A stretch of DNA of 64,000 nucleotides, taken from Methanobacteriota archaeon. Its GTDB lineage: Archaea > Methanobacteriota > Methanobacteria > Methanobacteriales > Methanobacteriaceae. Below, one piece after another: positions 9,592 to 19,789 of the stretch. The stretch is from the NCBI GenBank assembly GCA_963787255.1, contig CAWBCJ010000029.1, positions 704,001 to 768,000 of the forward strand, read 5' to 3'. Below the pieces are notes generated by a model that worked only from the letters and a program-made list of their open reading frames with translations, ran no database searches and was not told where the DNA came from. Positions within the stretch are counted from its first letter, which is position 1; each line of letters starts with the position of its first letter. Position numbers and translations under genes: made by a program.

Positions 9592-10743
9592 TTATTTCGC
9601 TCTGGTTTTAATGGATGAAACAACTTCTTCAACCTTTTCTTCAAAATCAATATCTTCTAGAACATCTAAAAACTGTTCTAGATCTGCATTGGTTTCAGGA
9701 TATTTTGGAACTGCTGTACATCCTGGCGCTGGAAGAATTGATATTTCGAAGGTACCTATTTTTTTACCTATATTTTCAATTTCAATCTTATCCATACCAA
9801 TTAAAGGACTTAAAACAGGCATTTTGGTAACGTACCTTGTAGCAAGTAAATTAGGGAGTGTTTGGGAAGCTACCTGTCCTAAACTACTTCCATCAATAAT
9901 TGCAAGTGCTTCTTCCTTTTTAGCAATTTCTTCTGCTATACGGTACATTCCACTTTTACATAGGACGCAGGTAAGGCGAACAGGCGCATCTTCAACGCAT
10001 GATTTTAGATAATCTCCATAATCTGCCTCCAAAAACTTCAATTTTGATGGAGCGTATTCTGAGAGTTTTTCAATGATCTTAAGAACCTTTGCATTTGACC
10101 CTCCGGTGTAGGGATAGTTGTTAAAATGAAGAACTATGACTTCACATCCTCTTTTCATCATTAAAAAGGCAGATACAGGGGAATCAATACCTCCAGAAAC
10201 TAGAGCTATCACTTTTCCCTGAGTTCCCACTGGAAGGCCTCCAATTCCCTGTATTTTTTCATGGAAAATGTAAGTTTTATTTTCCCTTACCTCCACAAAG
10301 AATTTAAAATCAGGTTTACTTAAATTAACAGGAGCACCTGTTTTTTTAACGATTACTGAGCCGCAGAATCCGGCCATCTCCTGACTTGTAAATTCATGAG
10401 TTCCTACTCTTCTCCCACGCACTGCAAATGATTTAGTTCCATCAAATAATCCTTCAGAAATTAGATCATCAACATATTTGTTTAAAGTTTCTTCTATACT
10501 ATCAAAATCAGTTTCAGTAGAAACTGCAGGGCTGTATGAAACTACACCGATTGCCTTACTTAAAGCAGCATTTGCTTCTTTAAAATTCTTTGGAAATAAA
10601 AATATCCTTCCCTGATTAATCTCTATTTTGCAGTCAAGCTTTTTTTTAATGTTAGAAATGAGCTTATTTTCAAATCTACGCCTTACTTTTGGGCTTTTAA
10701 CTCCAATTTCTCCGTATCTTACAATTATTAAATCATAATCCAT
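9592..10743 (-). CDS. thiI: tRNA 4-thiouridine synthase ThiI (THUMP + PP-loop, no rhodanese domain)
   Basis: IVRYGEIGVKS, GGLPVGTQGK, SGGIDSPV, CVLC, SLGQVASQT, distal GCTAVP (three-Cys methanogen type). Confidence 0.93.
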   Translation of the reverse strand: MDYDLIIVRYGEIGVKSPKVRRRFENKLISNIKKKLDCKIEINQGRIFLFPKNFKEANAALSKAIGVVSYSPAVSTETDFDSIEETLNKYVDDLISEGLFDGTKSFAVRGRRVGTHEFTSQEMAGFCGSVIVKKTGAPVNLSKPDFKFFVEVRENKTYIFHEKIQGIGGLPVGTQGKVIALVSGGIDSPVSAFLMMKRGCEVIVLHFNNYPYTGGSNAKVLKIIEKLSEYAPSKLKFLEADYGDYLKSCVEDAPVRLTCVLCKSGMYRIAEEIAKKEEALAIIDGSSLGQVASQTLPNLLATRYVTKMPVLSPLIGMDKIEIENIGKKIGTFEISILPAPGCTAVPKYPETNADLEQFLDVLEDIDFEEKVEEVVSSIKTRAK

Positions 10744-10976
10744 TTAAATTTCTCCTTTGGATTTTTTAAAATTTCATTTATTTAATTTAACGATTTACTT
10801 TTTAGTTCGTAATATTCCATTTATTTTAGTAAAATGATGAAATGAGCATTAAAAATGTTATTGATATTATTAGTCAAATTTATGTGTTATATCTTGTAAA
10901 TAGTTGATATTTTTTGGGGGTAAATAAAAAAATAATAAGTAAAGGTTAATAACTTTTTAACCTTTTAGAATTGATT

Positions 10977-12110
10977 TTAAGCCCTCGAAAGTCCTTTGCT
11001 CAGGTCTTCAATTAAATCAGCAGAATCTTCCAGTCCAACGGAAAGCCTGATAAGGTCATCTGTAATTCCTGCACTTTTTCGAGCTTCTTCTTTCATTGAA
11101 GCGTGGCTCATTGTTGCGGCGTGTTCAACAAGTGAATCTGCTCCACCTAATGACTCCGCAAGGGAGAATATTTCTAAACTGTTTAGGAAATTTCTCAAAT
11201 CACCTTTGAGTTTAAATGATACTATTCCTCCAAATCCTTTCATCTGTTTTTTAGCTATTTCATGTCCTTTATGGGATGTAAGGCCGGGATAAAATACTTC
11301 ACTTACTTTAGGGTGTTCTAGTAGATATTCTGCTACTTCGTGAGCATTTGTGGCATGTTTGTCCATTCTAAGGGGGAGTGTTTTTAAACCTCTAAGCACT
11401 AACCATGAATCAAATGGTGCTGCATTTGTTCCAAGTCCGTTAAGGTTGAAATGAACTTTTTCTGCTAATTCTTCTGTTGTTGTTATTACAGCGCCGCCAA
11501 TAACATCTGAATGTCCGTTTATGTATTTAGTTGTTGAATGCATTACAATGTCGATTCCAAAGTCAATTGGCTTTAAAAAGTAGGGACTGGAGAATGTATT
11601 GTCGGTTACAGTAAGTAAATTGTGCTCTTTTGCGATTTTTGAGATTAACGCAAGGTCTGTAATGTTTAGAAGTGGATTTGAAGGTGTTTCTACCCATATG
11701 AGTTTAGTATTGGATTTTATTGCATTCTTTATTTTTTCCTCATCGTCAAGTCTTATAAATGTGAATTCAATTCCAAATTTGGTCATTATTTCTGAAAATA
11801 ACCTGAAAGTACCTCCGTAAAGGTCATCACATGCAATTACGTGATCACCAGCTTTTAGAATATGTATTACGGTTGTAATTGCGGCCATTCCACTTGAAAA
11901 TGCAAATCCTGCGTTTCCTCCTTCAAGATCTGCAAGGGCATCTTCCAGGGCGCTTCTTGTAGGATTACTTGTTCTTGAATAATCGTGCTTTTTGGGTTTT
12001 CTATAGTCATCAAAGATGAATGTTGACGTTTGCCAGATTGGTGTTGATATTGCACCGGTTGCAGGGCACGGCTGCCTGCCTGAGTGCACTGATTTTGTAT
12101 TAAACTTCAT
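10977..12110 (-). CDS. Cystathionine gamma-synthase/gamma-lyase family PLP enzyme
   Basis: YSRTSNPT, FSSGMAAI, ETPSNP, DNTF, HSTTKYINGHSDV, AESLGG, RLSVGLE. Confidence 0.9.
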   Translation of the reverse strand: MKFNTKSVHSGRQPCPATGAISTPIWQTSTFIFDDYRKPKKHDYSRTSNPTRSALEDALADLEGGNAGFAFSSGMAAITTVIHILKAGDHVIACDDLYGGTFRLFSEIMTKFGIEFTFIRLDDEEKIKNAIKSNTKLIWVETPSNPLLNITDLALISKIAKEHNLLTVTDNTFSSPYFLKPIDFGIDIVMHSTTKYINGHSDVIGGAVITTTEELAEKVHFNLNGLGTNAAPFDSWLVLRGLKTLPLRMDKHATNAHEVAEYLLEHPKVSEVFYPGLTSHKGHEIAKKQMKGFGGIVSFKLKGDLRNFLNSLEIFSLAESLGGADSLVEHAATMSHASMKEEARKSAGITDDLIRLSVGLEDSADLIEDLSKGLSRA

Positions 12111-12201
12111 ATTTTCCTCCTTATTCTATAAACATTAAGATTCAACTTTTAAAAAATTCGTATTTAACTCCTGTGGATTTTAAAAAAGCAACATGTTATA
12201 T

Positions 12202-12227
12202 TAACAATTGTTATATAACTATTGTTA
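12202..12227. promoter_or_regulatory. Tandem operators TAACAATTGTTA and TAACTATTGTTA upstream of the transsulfuration gene
   Basis: Copies at 12202-12213 and 12216-12227, same 14-bp spacing as at thi4; partial third copy at ~12189-12199. Confidence 0.8.
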
Positions 12228-12261
12228 TATGTTTTTCGGTTTTTAAACTCTAAATTAAATT

Positions 12262-13023
12262 TCATGACCTGTAAATTAATGCAACAAACCTTGAATAAAA
12301 CATAAGGATGTACGGTGCAATTACAAGTTGTGCTATTACAAAACCAATTATATTGACAGATTCAATTATTTCTTTTAATATAGGTCCCCCGATCACTACC
12401 ACGCCTAAAATTACAAAAAAGTATCCAATCAACAATCTTTTTAAACCTATCCTCATGATTTTTCTAGTTATCTCAATAAAACTAAAGGCTTGTTTAAAAT
12501 GACCGCCTTTAGACGCCATGTGAGGTATTGCAACTGTAAATAGTACGTCTGCAATAAATCCTAAAAGAAATCCAATAATTAAAATTAAAATAAGAGTATC
12601 ATCCGGCAGAGCAGGCATTCCTATATTTATTTCAGTAAAAAAATCGTCTAAGATTGCAAGAAAGATTATTGCAGGTATTAAAAAGTATATAAATCCAATA
12701 ATTATTTCATTTAGGCCGTGTTTAAACATATGAATAAAATTATTAAATTTTGGGAGTGTTTTAATTCCTAACAAGCTTTTTTCAATGACATTGAAAGTAT
12801 AACCTGCTTCTAGGATTGTAAAAAGGAGTACTATTATAAAAAATAGCAATATGGCTAATAATAAGCCAACATCACCAAAAAAATCGTCCAGAAAAAAGTA
12901 AAAATCATTGTACTGACTGAACAAAAAACTGCTAATTAAAATCATCAATCCCAACAAAAAAAACTGTTTTAATCCAGAAAATGGATATTTTGCTGCATCA
13001 TACAGGATTTCATATATTTTCAT
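12262..13023 (-). CDS. Membrane protein, DUF4013-like
   Basis: DAAKYP, GY..VI, LPKF..F..G pattern with several hydrophobic helices. Confidence 0.65.
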   Translation of the reverse strand: MKIYEILYDAAKYPFSGLKQFFLLGLMILISSFLFSQYNDFYFFLDDFFGDVGLLLAILLFFIIVLLFTILEAGYTFNVIEKSLLGIKTLPKFNNFIHMFKHGLNEIIIGFIYFLIPAIIFLAILDDFFTEINIGMPALPDDTLILILIIGFLLGFIADVLFTVAIPHMASKGGHFKQAFSFIEITRKIMRIGLKRLLIGYFFVILGVVVIGGPILKEIIESVNIIGFVIAQLVIAPYILMFYSRFVALIYRS

Positions 13024-13230
13024 TGCTACTCCTTAAGACGATAATTAAATTAATGTGATTTTCTTATGCTCTATTGGAGTTTATGGTGCTTAAATGTTTT
13101 TATAAAATCAAAAATAGCACTTTATTCTATTTTCAGTCATTAATTAACATTTTTATTTGTTAAATATAAAAAATAAAATTTAATATTGCTTTTAGTAAAA
13201 AAATAAAAATTGATTAAAAAAATTATTTAA

Positions 13231-14370
13231 TCATGCAAACATATCTTTTGGTTCATTTTTTTCCTTTTTATGCAGTTTAAGTGCATATTCCATGTGTTCC
13301 CATGTTAACTTGGGATCGTCATTGGAAATTGCCTTGTGAAGCGCTGTTTTCAGAACTCTCTCTTTTATATCTCTTCCAGAAAGCCCTTTGGTTTCATTTG
13401 CAAGCCTTTCAATGTTTACATCTACTTTGTAAGGCATTGTTTGAATGTATTTTGCAAGCATTGCCTTTCTCTGTTCTTTATCTGGAATTTCAAATTCTAT
13501 CTCTTCTTCAAAACGGCTCCTTATTGCGAAATCAAGAAGGTTAGGATTATTAGTCGCACCTATGGTCACAACACCATAATTCTGTTCTATGCCATCCATT
13601 TCGGTTAGTAAAGCATTGACAACTTCTGAAACGTCTCCTCGAAGTGATTGATACTTTCTATCAAGGCCTATGGCGTCCATTTCATCTATAAATATAACTG
13701 CCGGTGCTGATTGTGCAGCAATTTCAAAAAGCTCGTGTATTTGTCTTGCACCGTCACCAACATGTTCCCCTATAAGTCTTGTTGCTTTAACTAAGAATAA
13801 AGGCACTTCAAGCTCGTTGGTAAGTGATTTAGCAAGCATGGTTTTTCCTGTGCCTGGCTGTCCATAAAAAAGAACATTACGCGGAGCCCATTCTTTGAAT
13901 TTATCTGGCTCCTGCAGGTACTTCATTATTATCTTACATTTGGTTTTGGCGCGTTCCTGTCCAATTACGTCGGCCATTTTCAGATTATTTTCTATTTTTT
14001 TATCTTCTTTGTCCCCTTCGCTCTCCATTAAGAGTATTGAAGTATTTATAGTTATCTGGGAATTATTTGGATGTGCAGTAATAATTTTGAATGCAAAATC
14101 TGGCAGTAACTTTTGATCAAAGAGAAAAGAGCCTTCATTTACTATATAACCTTCCCACTGTTCTCGAGCATAGAGTTCGAAAAGCTCCTTGTCGAATATT
14201 TCTATTTTTGGATTTTCAACTAGATTACAAAGGAAAGGATAACCGATTGATTTTAAAACCACTACTTTGGCCTCTTTTTTCGGTCCACTTGTACTTTGTG
14301 GCGTTTTTTTCTCTGCTATATATGAATCGGATACTATATTGTTAAATTTCACTAATACACCTTCCAGCAT
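13231..14370 (-). CDS. AAA+ ATPase (archaeal COG1223-like)
   Basis: [42 protein letters not shown]. Confidence 0.85.
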   Translation of the reverse strand: MLEGVLVKFNNIVSDSYIAEKKTPQSTSGPKKEAKVVVLKSIGYPFLCNLVENPKIEIFDKELFELYAREQWEGYIVNEGSFLFDQKLLPDFAFKIITAHPNNSQITINTSILLMESEGDKEDKKIENNLKMADVIGQERAKTKCKIIMKYLQEPDKFKEWAPRNVLFYGQPGTGKTMLAKSLTNELEVPLFLVKATRLIGEHVGDGARQIHELFEIAAQSAPAVIFIDEMDAIGLDRKYQSLRGDVSEVVNALLTEMDGIEQNYGVVTIGATNNPNLLDFAIRSRFEEEIEFEIPDKEQRKAMLAKYIQTMPYKVDVNIERLANETKGLSGRDIKERVLKTALHKAISNDDPKLTWEHMEYALKLHKKEKNEPKDMFA

Positions 14371-14620
14371 TAAATAAATGCTTTCAAATTAATTTTTATG
14401 TCAAAAAAATCGTAGTTAATATAATATTTGTACATTTTCATTTAATGATATGTGCAGTAATTAATAAAAACTTTGGCCTTAATAAATCTTACAAAAAATT
14501 AATATTTTACATTTTCAAAAATAAATTTATTGCAAAAACCATAATATCAGTCAATGTATTCAATCAGTACATCTAAAACCGACTCTGTATTTTGGCTTTA
14601 TTTACAATTTTATTGCAAAA

Positions 14621-15457
14621 TTATTTTGGAATGTTGATAAATTCTTTTTTCATCTCGAGAGCGTCAATATCTAAAAGGGGAGTTTCACATATCATGGTGA
14701 GATTGTAGCCATTTTCAGAGATCAATTCAAGTAATGGAGTTAAAGGAGGTCCATAATTTTCATCTGCAAGTATATGATGCTTCCGCTCGCCGGCATCTGT
14801 ATATTCTATTTTTGTAAAGTGAGAATGAAGAGTTGAAAGTCCTAACTCTGCTTCAATTTTATCAAATATAGCTTTATAATCTTCTTGGGATCTAATACTT
14901 CCTCCAGATCGTGCATGCAAGTGTGCAAAGTCTACAGTTGGCGCAAAATTGTCAAATGATTGACAAATATTTATTAATTCTTCCAGAGAACCAAACTGTG
15001 ATTTTTTACCAGTTGTTTCCGGTGCAAAAGTGTAATTCTTTATTCCATCGCTTTCACATTTCTCTAAAAGCTCTTCTATGGCTTTTTTACACTTTTCCAT
15101 TGCCTCTTTTGGGGAATATTTTGTATAAAATCCCATATGAAAAACTATTCTGTATGCATTCAGCCAATCAGCAGCGTGGGCTGATTGAACAAGCCGAATT
15201 ATTGATTTTTCAATAGTTTCATCCTTCTGGGAGCATAAATTAATGTAATAAGGGGCATGCATGGAAACTAAAATATCATTTTTCTCTGCATTTTCTTTAA
15301 GTTTCAAACCCGGCTGTTTTGATATTCTAACGCCGTATGTGGCCTGATATTCAAAAGCATCGAGCCCCATCTCTTTTATATAATCACAAACGTTCTCTGT
15401 TTTTCCTTTGTAGCCCTTTGGTCTTCCTGCCGGTCCAAATCTTACTTGTGGTTTCAT
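14621..15457 (-). CDS. nfo: Endonuclease IV / AP endonuclease family 2
   Basis: [37 protein letters not shown]. Confidence 0.8.
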   Translation of the reverse strand: MKPQVRFGPAGRPKGYKGKTENVCDYIKEMGLDAFEYQATYGVRISKQPGLKLKENAEKNDILVSMHAPYYINLCSQKDETIEKSIIRLVQSAHAADWLNAYRIVFHMGFYTKYSPKEAMEKCKKAIEELLEKCESDGIKNYTFAPETTGKKSQFGSLEELINICQSFDNFAPTVDFAHLHARSGGSIRSQEDYKAIFDKIEAELGLSTLHSHFTKIEYTDAGERKHHILADENYGPPLTPLLELISENGYNLTMICETPLLDIDALEMKKEFINIPK

Positions 15458-15513
15458 TATATCACTATTTTTATTTTTAAATTAAGTAACATGTAGAATT
15501 ACGGGGTAACTAG

Positions 15514-16466
15514 TTATATTATTCTATTTTTTATTTCATATTTTTTGCATAACTTATTTGTCCTTAAAGCAAGCTCTTTTTGATACTTTTGGTGGGGATA
15601 GAAATTATTTCCAAATAACTTTTTAGTTTTTTCTAAAAGTTCAGGAAAATGAGTTTCAAGAGTTTTATAATAAACAGTCTTACAGTCAGTTGGTCCCTCT
15701 CCAAATAATGTTAAACCAGCAGTTAAAATAGAATCAGCACCATAATTTTTAGCTAAAACCACCATTTTCTCCATCTGTTTTTGTGAATCCGATAAAAACG
15801 GTAAAACAGGCATGAAACATACTCCTGTCCGGAATCCTTCATCCTTAAACTTTTTCATGGTTTCCAACCGTTCTTTTGGCGTTGGAGCGTTCGGTTCAAA
15901 AATTTTAGCCAGTTTTTCATCAGGAGTAGAAAACGAAAAAGATATTATGGCACCATCTCTTAACCGGGTCTTTAAATCTGGAGGTAAAATGGCATTTTCA
16001 TTAATTTTCTTTAAAACATCCATATCTCTTAAAACTAACTTAGATCTTGTTAAAATGCTAACTGGAAATTTAAATCTGGCTATTATCTGTAATAAGGACC
16101 TTGTTAGTTTTAATTCTTTTTCAATTTCAGGATAAGGCTCAGTAGATGATGCAATTACAATAATTCCATATTCATTGTTTTTTGTCATCCTTCTCAATTG
16201 TTTTTTCAGAATTTCAGCTGCATTTGCCTTAACCTTGAGTTTATGAGTAGCATCACCCCCATAATGACTTCCCCTAATATAGCAATATAAACAGTTAAAT
16301 GAGCATCCTGAAAATGGATTTAAGGTATAATCACTTAAAAACAATGAGTCACGCTTTTTATGTTTGTTTAAAATAGACTTTACCTGAACTTCACTTACGG
16401 ATTTTTTAGCCAGATTTTTTCCAAAAAAATCAGTTAAAGTAGTGTTGCTAATTTTATCAAAACCAT
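15514..16466 (-). CDS. Radical SAM protein (SPL-like family); start probably ~16466 with a 1-nt homopolymer slip
   Basis: LNPFSGCSFNCLYCY, STEPY, LTRS, FEPNAPTP..R; frame stays open upstream of 16344 (VKSILNKHKKRDS). Confidence 0.75.
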
Positions 16467-16489
16467 AATATTATTTTTGATATAAAAAG

Positions 16490-16843
16490 TTAATTTGACT
16501 TATTAAGCTCAATAGACTCTTCTAAAAGCTTTTTTATGTACTCATCATCAATCTCAGACATGGCTTTAATTTTAACATGCCTTAGTTTCTTTCCAGTACC
16601 CTCAAGAAGACTTTTAGGATCTTGAAGTTCTGTGCCACGCCAAAATTCAAGGTTCACATGATTTTTATGCATTAAAATAGCACAAACATATCCATTCTTT
16701 CCGTATACAAGATTTTTCCATTTTATGATCTCATCCATGTCTGGAAACATCTCTAAAATAAGATTACGCAATTTAAGGGCAAGCGCACTCATTTCAGAGT
16801 TGTAATTTTCTAAATATTCATTTATATCCACCCTTTTAGGCAT
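16490..16843 (-). CDS. DUF1801/YdhG-like protein
   Basis: IKW, KNHVNLEF..G..L.DP..LLEGTGKKLRHVK. Confidence 0.75.
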   Translation of the reverse strand: MPKRVDINEYLENYNSEMSALALKLRNLILEMFPDMDEIIKWKNLVYGKNGYVCAILMHKNHVNLEFWRGTELQDPKSLLEGTGKKLRHVKIKAMSEIDDEYIKKLLEESIELNKSN

Positions 16844-17014
16844 GATTTCACCTATTTAATTTAGTAAATTACATAAGTATAAAATTTTAGTTTCCTGACC
16901 AATTAATAGGCAATTTTCAACTTCACTAAATGTCCCTAAATGACGCATTATTCTCATGTACCTAACCTCTTCAACTTTAAGAAATTCAGTGATGTTTAAC
17001 TACTTTTTCAAGTA

Positions 17015-18151
17015 TTAGTATGGATCCCAGTCTTTAACTTCTTTATATTCTGGAAAATCACCGTATTCATATGTATCGAACATCTGACCCCAATTTGTCT
17101 TTTTATATTCTCCAATTTTCTTTTTACCCGTTGTAGGATACCATAATTTGTCGTGATAAAATTCTGAAGCAAATATAAAGGTTTTAAAGAGTGGTGAGTT
17201 GAATAAGATGTTGTGCAGCCACTTAATATTCATAGTACTTTTCCTTATTCGTTGATCCCACTTAACAACAGGACTTCTGCTTGTTTGAAATTTAAAATTC
17301 ATATTTTTTAAATCTCCCTTTTCCATTCCAACTATTTCAATCTGGTCAACATCTCCCATTCCCAGACCTTTATCGTGGGCCATTTTAATATAATCTATTT
17401 TTAATGGATCAAATCCCATTATTTTAGCTGCAAGAGCGTCTATCGCAACTTGATCTTCGCTTGCAAGAATTACATTTCCACAGAAAGGCTCCATTGTTCT
17501 TGGACCTGCACCATTTCCACAAACACATCCATCCATCACTGAAAATATTCCTTTGTGAATTTCTTTTTGAATTGAAAGCAAATCAACAAGGACTTCATGT
17601 ATCTTTTTATGGGCATGGTGCCTATATTTCGGAATTAAACCTCCAAAGGCATTTTTCATAGCTCCTGTGGTTGTAGTGTGGCCATGGGTTTTCACTGTTG
17701 GAAAATGAATTATATTAGAGCCGTAAAACATTTTGGGGACCCATACTTCTCCAAATATTTCATTCATGGCTAGCATTTCAGACTTTGGTTCATGAGAGAT
17801 CCATTCAACATCTGTCAGTGGCTGAAAATCTATTTTATGCTGATTTAAAAGAGGTAACCATTTATTGTAATATGCCCCTTTCCATGGATGAGTAACCACG
17901 GTCTGATTCTCTACAGCCACAATATCCTCGTATTTGTCGGTTTTTAATGCATTTAATACTCCTTCCAGCTGCCAGGGTGGTGTTGAACAAGCAGGATAAT
18001 AGAGGGTCCATGAAAGATTAAGCTTTAAAATAGTCTTATAATTTTTAGATAATGATTTTTCGTAATCTGCTTCGCGCATAATCTGGTTATAATCGTTGAT
18101 AACTGTTTCTGGTGATGTTTTCATCACCGTGACTTTTGACACTAATTTCAC
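17015..18151 (-). CDS. DUF362-domain protein
   Basis: LKLN, PTVKTHGHT..TGAMKNAFG, GNGAGP, DQVAIDA..MGFDP..I. Confidence 0.7.
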   Translation of the reverse strand: MKLVSKVTVMKTSPETVINDYNQIMREADYEKSLSKNYKTILKLNLSWTLYYPACSTPPWQLEGVLNALKTDKYEDIVAVENQTVVTHPWKGAYYNKWLPLLNQHKIDFQPLTDVEWISHEPKSEMLAMNEIFGEVWVPKMFYGSNIIHFPTVKTHGHTTTTGAMKNAFGGLIPKYRHHAHKKIHEVLVDLLSIQKEIHKGIFSVMDGCVCGNGAGPRTMEPFCGNVILASEDQVAIDALAAKIMGFDPLKIDYIKMAHDKGLGMGDVDQIEIVGMEKGDLKNMNFKFQTSRSPVVKWDQRIRKSTMNIKWLHNILFNSPLFKTFIFASEFYHDKLWYPTTGKKKIGEYKKTNWGQMFDTYEYGDFPEYKEVKDWDPY

Positions 18152-18158
18152 CTCGTTA

Positions 18159-19091
18159 TTAATTTGAAGTTTCTTTAATAATTCTTTTTTTGAAAATTAA
18201 GTATACAAGGAATCCTAGGATTGCACCGTACCAGAGAGTTCCAAATCTTATTATTATGGCTACACCTACAGAAATTGTGGCTGTTAGTCCGAAATATTGC
18301 AGTAATCCTGAAAATGTTGCTTCTGCAACTCCAAGGCCGCCTGGAATCATGCTTACCGCACCTGCAAGTGATGCAAAGCTGAATATAAATGTTGATATTA
18401 ATACGCTGATGGATTCTCCAAAGCCGATGATAACAAAATAAAGAGCTAGGCATTCAAAAAACCATGCAAAAGCACTTAAAAATGACATCAAAGACATATT
18501 TTTAGGATTCATCACCTTTTCAAATGTTGTGTGCATTGTTTTAATGTCTTTAGAATATTTACCTGCCCTACCTTCAAGAATACTTATTATTTTGCCGGAA
18601 ATCCTTTTTGACTTTATTGTTATAAAAAATCCGATAAATAGCAATATAAGGATAATCAAAATGTAGGATCCTTCTTTATAATAAAGGATTCCAAGTGCAG
18701 AAAGTATTATCAGACCAGTTAAGTCTGTAACCCGGTCTATGATTACAACAGGAACTGTTTTACTTAAACTTTCACCATTTATGTCTTTTATAAGCCATCC
18801 TTTCCATATTTCTCCTACTTTTGCAGGGGTTATAATCATTCCCAGACCGCTGAAGAATACGAATAAATTATCTTTAAGGTTTAAATGCACATCAACACTT
18901 TTAAGGAAATAATTCCACTTTAAAAACCGGATAAAATAGGCTATGGTGGTTAAAATTATCATTAAAATGAAAAATATCCAGTTGAAATGCTTAATTGCAG
19001 ATAATAGATTTCCAAAATCCGCATATATACCCATTATTAAGTAAATAGCCACTGCAAAAAGAATAATCAGCCAGAACTTGTTTTTCGTCAT
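18159..19091 (-). CDS. Flippase-like membrane protein (LPG-synthase TM/UPF0104 family)
   Basis: RFLKW, TPAKVGE..K, DRVTD, PGGLGVAE, IIRFGTLW. Confidence 0.85.
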   Translation of the reverse strand: MTKNKFWLIILFAVAIYLIMGIYADFGNLLSAIKHFNWIFFILMIILTTIAYFIRFLKWNYFLKSVDVHLNLKDNLFVFFSGLGMIITPAKVGEIWKGWLIKDINGESLSKTVPVVIIDRVTDLTGLIILSALGILYYKEGSYILIILILLFIGFFITIKSKRISGKIISILEGRAGKYSKDIKTMHTTFEKVMNPKNMSLMSFLSAFAWFFECLALYFVIIGFGESISVLISTFIFSFASLAGAVSMIPGGLGVAEATFSGLLQYFGLTATISVGVAIIIRFGTLWYGAILGFLVYLIFKKRIIKETSN

Positions 19092-19145
19092 TGATTCACC
19101 ATCTTGGTTAAAACACCATAATTGCTCAAAAATGTTGATAGTAGA

Positions 19146-19778
19146 TTAAAAATATTTTCTCCTCAATTTCACTATCTTTGTTAGCACATGGTTTAATGGA
19201 GTTGATCTTTTTCCAAATACTTGTAGGTCATTTTTTAAAATAGCATTTTTGATGTCATCTTTTTCTATTATCACGCCAGCATTTCCAATTTCATTGGCAA
19301 AATGAGCATCGCTTCCACCAGTAACTCCAAAATTGTTTTTTTTAGCAAATAATTCTGCTTTCTTGTTGTATTTGTTATCTACACACCGTGAATTGAATAT
19401 TTCAATGTTATTTACTAGTTTATAATCTTCTTTTTTTAAAGATGCGGATTTACGCAGTTCATCAAATGGATGGGGGACAATTATTAGGCCATTTTGAGCT
19501 TTAATTTCATCTATAACATCATAAAAATTATTTGATTTTATTTCTTCTGATAAAAAGAGCCCAATTATTTCTCCTTTTGATGTTGATACTTCTGAACCGA
19601 TTATAACTTTAAAATCATCGGTTTCATATTTTTTTGCTTCTATTCCTCCTTTAATGGTATCGTGATCAGTTACTGCAATTCCTGAAAGGCCTCTTTTTCT
19701 TGCAACTTTGACTATTTTTTCTGGATTAAGAAATCCATCAGGGGAATGTTTTGAGTGAGAGTGAAGGTCATATTTCAT
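19146..19778 (-). CDS. PHP-domain phosphoesterase
   Basis: DLHSHS, AVTDHD, GSEV, PHPF, GGSDAH. Confidence 0.88.
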   Translation of the reverse strand: MKYDLHSHSKHSPDGFLNPEKIVKVARKRGLSGIAVTDHDTIKGGIEAKKYETDDFKVIIGSEVSTSKGEIIGLFLSEEIKSNNFYDVIDEIKAQNGLIIVPHPFDELRKSASLKKEDYKLVNNIEIFNSRCVDNKYNKKAELFAKKNNFGVTGGSDAHFANEIGNAGVIIEKDDIKNAILKNDLQVFGKRSTPLNHVLTKIVKLRRKYF

Positions 19779-19789
19779 ATATTTAACTC

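Noticed and set aside
15507-15516. TAACTAGTTA palindrome
   Set aside because: Spacer of 2, overlaps the stop codon of the radical SAM gene; does not fit the operator.
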